A DNA stretch of 62,572 bases, the filler included, from Rhabdomonas costata (taxonomy: Eukaryota): NCBI GenBank assembly GCA_019059605.1. It is 28 parts of 28 records of this genome, joined end to end, with 100 filler letters (N's around TTAATTAATTAA, not from the genome) between each part and the next. Parts side by side here need not be neighbours in the genome. Positions count along the whole stretch, not along the records: positions 60,443 to 62,572 come from JAHMHO010005370.1; 27 more parts are not named here. One strand, 5' to 3'. Each line of letters starts with the position of its first letter. The first letter of the stretch is position 1. Below are positions 61,650-62,572 of this stretch, in pieces. The notes under the pieces were generated by a model that saw only the letters and a program-made list of their open reading frames with translations, searched no databases and was not told the origin of the DNA. Made by a program: the position numbers and the translations under genes.

Positions 61650-62572
61650 GTGCCCACCACCCTGCACATCCCTGTTTGTTGGTTTTTTGTGCTTTTTCAC
61701 CTGAGGTTACTCCTACGTTCTTTTTGCTTCTGTGGTTTTCTTGTTCGAGTCAGTTGCAAGTTTCGGTAGTGCTCTGACCTGTCATCTCATGTTGCCTCGT
61801 GGGAAATGTGGCTTCCAGGAGTGCTGGCATCAGTGGTCTGGTGGTAGTTTGTGTGTCATGACAAGCCGCAAGCAGGCAGAATTGTAGGGCTTGTTCCCCC
61901 AAGATTTTCATCGGAATTTTACCTTTTACTTTTCTTGAAAAGCAGTAAAGCACCCCTGACTTGTTTAGGAAAGCTGTTCGACGTGCTGGGGATGGATTTA
62001 TTTTCGGATTGGAGGTGGTCCGAAAACTTCGGGAGGGTTTTGCAAGGGAGTCATGGGTCGAGCATGAATCAATTCTGGTGGTTTGTGCCAGTCAACTATT
62101 GCCGATTCGCCTTGAGCTCAAAAATAGGTCCTTTCGCCATGGGTCCATCATTACGGGATTCAAAGAAGGAAAATGAGAAGATAAACACGGGACGGAGTAT
62201 ACAAATAAAGTCAAAAAGGCAAAATATCAAGTTTAAGTGTAAAATGTGTCTCTGATAATTGCGAGTAACGCGAATTCGCAGATTTTTAGTTGAGGTTATC
62301 ACATCACTGCAGCAAGAGAGGTCCGCACTGGTTGCAAAAGCACGAGTGACGCAACAGCATAAGCAGACAAAGGGACCGAAAATATGACTGAAACAGTTTA
62401 CTTCGGAAATTCCAAGACCAAATCAGACAAATTGCGCTAATTCGCAGTTTTGTTCTGAGTGATTTTGTTTCAGCTGCTTTTTGGGTGCCTCAGGGGACCA
62501 AGAATGCAACGTACAAGAGCTGCCACACCACCAGCCAAGACTCCTTTAGGGTTCGCCCTTCACTGGAGAAGT

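Overview
This window is not one locus. It is 28 unrelated contigs of ~2.13-2.15 kb joined by an artificial 100-bp spacer (44 N + TTAATTAATTAA six-frame stop + 44 N). Most contigs start with G/T-only runs and end with A/C-only runs, which suggests G/T-random-primed whole-genome amplification. The DNA is nuclear DNA of an intron-rich, flagellated eukaryote; a euglenid-like protist is my inference only. GC-rich 30-250 nt exons are separated by ~80-800 nt GT-AG introns, so the supplied ORF track is mostly misleading. Splicing by eye recovers fragments of: IFT dynein heavy chain (DYNC2H1), ASCC3, COPI alpha, a PARP, a Cof/HAD-IIB hydrolase, an MPPED-like metallophosphoesterase, a TRPV-like channel, two PstS-like domain genes, class III cyclase pieces, and PPR, LRR and globin-like proteins. 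Mobile DNA includes a Merlin/IS1595-type transposase, a MITE-like inverted-repeat element and a structured ~240-bp dispersed repeat. The best leads are: introns with 6-8 bp junction direct repeats (one also lacks a polypyrimidine tract and has complementary ends); the structured repeat; a one-strand cluster of GCGNAGC mini-hairpin motifs; a DDD-type Merlin; and a TRPV contig with no room for S1-S4. I found no CRISPR array, rRNA or convincing tRNA. All family calls come from motifs recognised by eye, not from database searches.
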